Origin: Antedon mediterranea
Taxonomy: Eukaryota; Animalia; Echinodermata
DNA length: 64,000 nt
NCBI RefSeq assembly: GCF_964355755.1
Contig: NC_092678.1
Coordinates: 8,758,422-8,822,421 of the forward strand
Reading direction: 5' to 3'
The stretch's first letter is position 1, and each line of letters opens with the position of its first letter. Below are positions 63,680-64,000 of the stretch, in pieces. The notes below the pieces were generated by a model, which was not told the origin of the DNA, did not search any database, and saw only the letters and a list, made by a program, of their open reading frames with translations. Made by a program: the position numbers and the translations under genes.

Positions 63680-64000
63680 TTTTTGGTCAGACAATGGAAA
63701 AGCTTTTTGGTCATTTATGAGGAAATCGCGAGCGAAAAATGCACCGAAGATGTTTAATATTAATGGGACACTAGTAGAGAATCCCAGATTATTGCCGACC
63801 CTTTTAACTCTTTTTTTCAATCAAATTTCACTAATGACTCTGTACAGGTTGAAACTCACACTGATTGTACTGGGAACCATATTGGCCTCTCTCTCCTCAA
63901 TAACATCATTACAACCCCGTCGGAGGTCTTGTTCATAATTAACGGTCTGAAAATGGGGAAAGCTCCGGGGCCCGATGGCATAACGTCATCGATGCTTAAA
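63680..64000 (+). mobile_element. LINE RT N-terminal fragment running off the window
   Basis: KAFWSFMRK...IADPFNSFFQSNFT...LKMGKAPGPDGITSSMLK across frameshifts. Confidence 0.78.

Overview
AT-rich, intron-rich animal genomic DNA. A marine invertebrate, probably an echinoderm, is inferred from the gene and TE families. Reading splice sites by eye gives three host genes. (A) On the + strand, the 3' part of a type-I membrane receptor with HYR, a degenerate F-type lectin, 4xEGF, HYR, TM and a tyrosine-motif tail (11 exons, 107-32305). (B) On the - strand, a 4-exon orphan gene of about 317 aa with an apparent internal three-fold repeat (51242-46687). (C) On the + strand, a 5-coding-exon gene of about 302 aa with an N-terminal SAM-like domain and a cationic amphipathic/hydrophobic C-terminus (58380-62196); it is probably transcribed head-to-head with B. 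The rest is dense, nested TE sequence: four copies of one non-autonomous Helitron family, a decayed Chapaev-type transposon, a BEL/Pao LTR retrotransposon lacking its integrase core, Kolobok-, MULE-, P- and Harbinger-type MITEs, LINE and Penelope fragments, minisatellites and excision footprints. The most notable observations are a MITE that duplicated the splice acceptor of the TM exon (possible membrane/soluble switch), Chapaev ends with an RSS-like one-helical-turn asymmetry, and the divergent orphan gene pair. All calls come from manual reading; no database searches were run.
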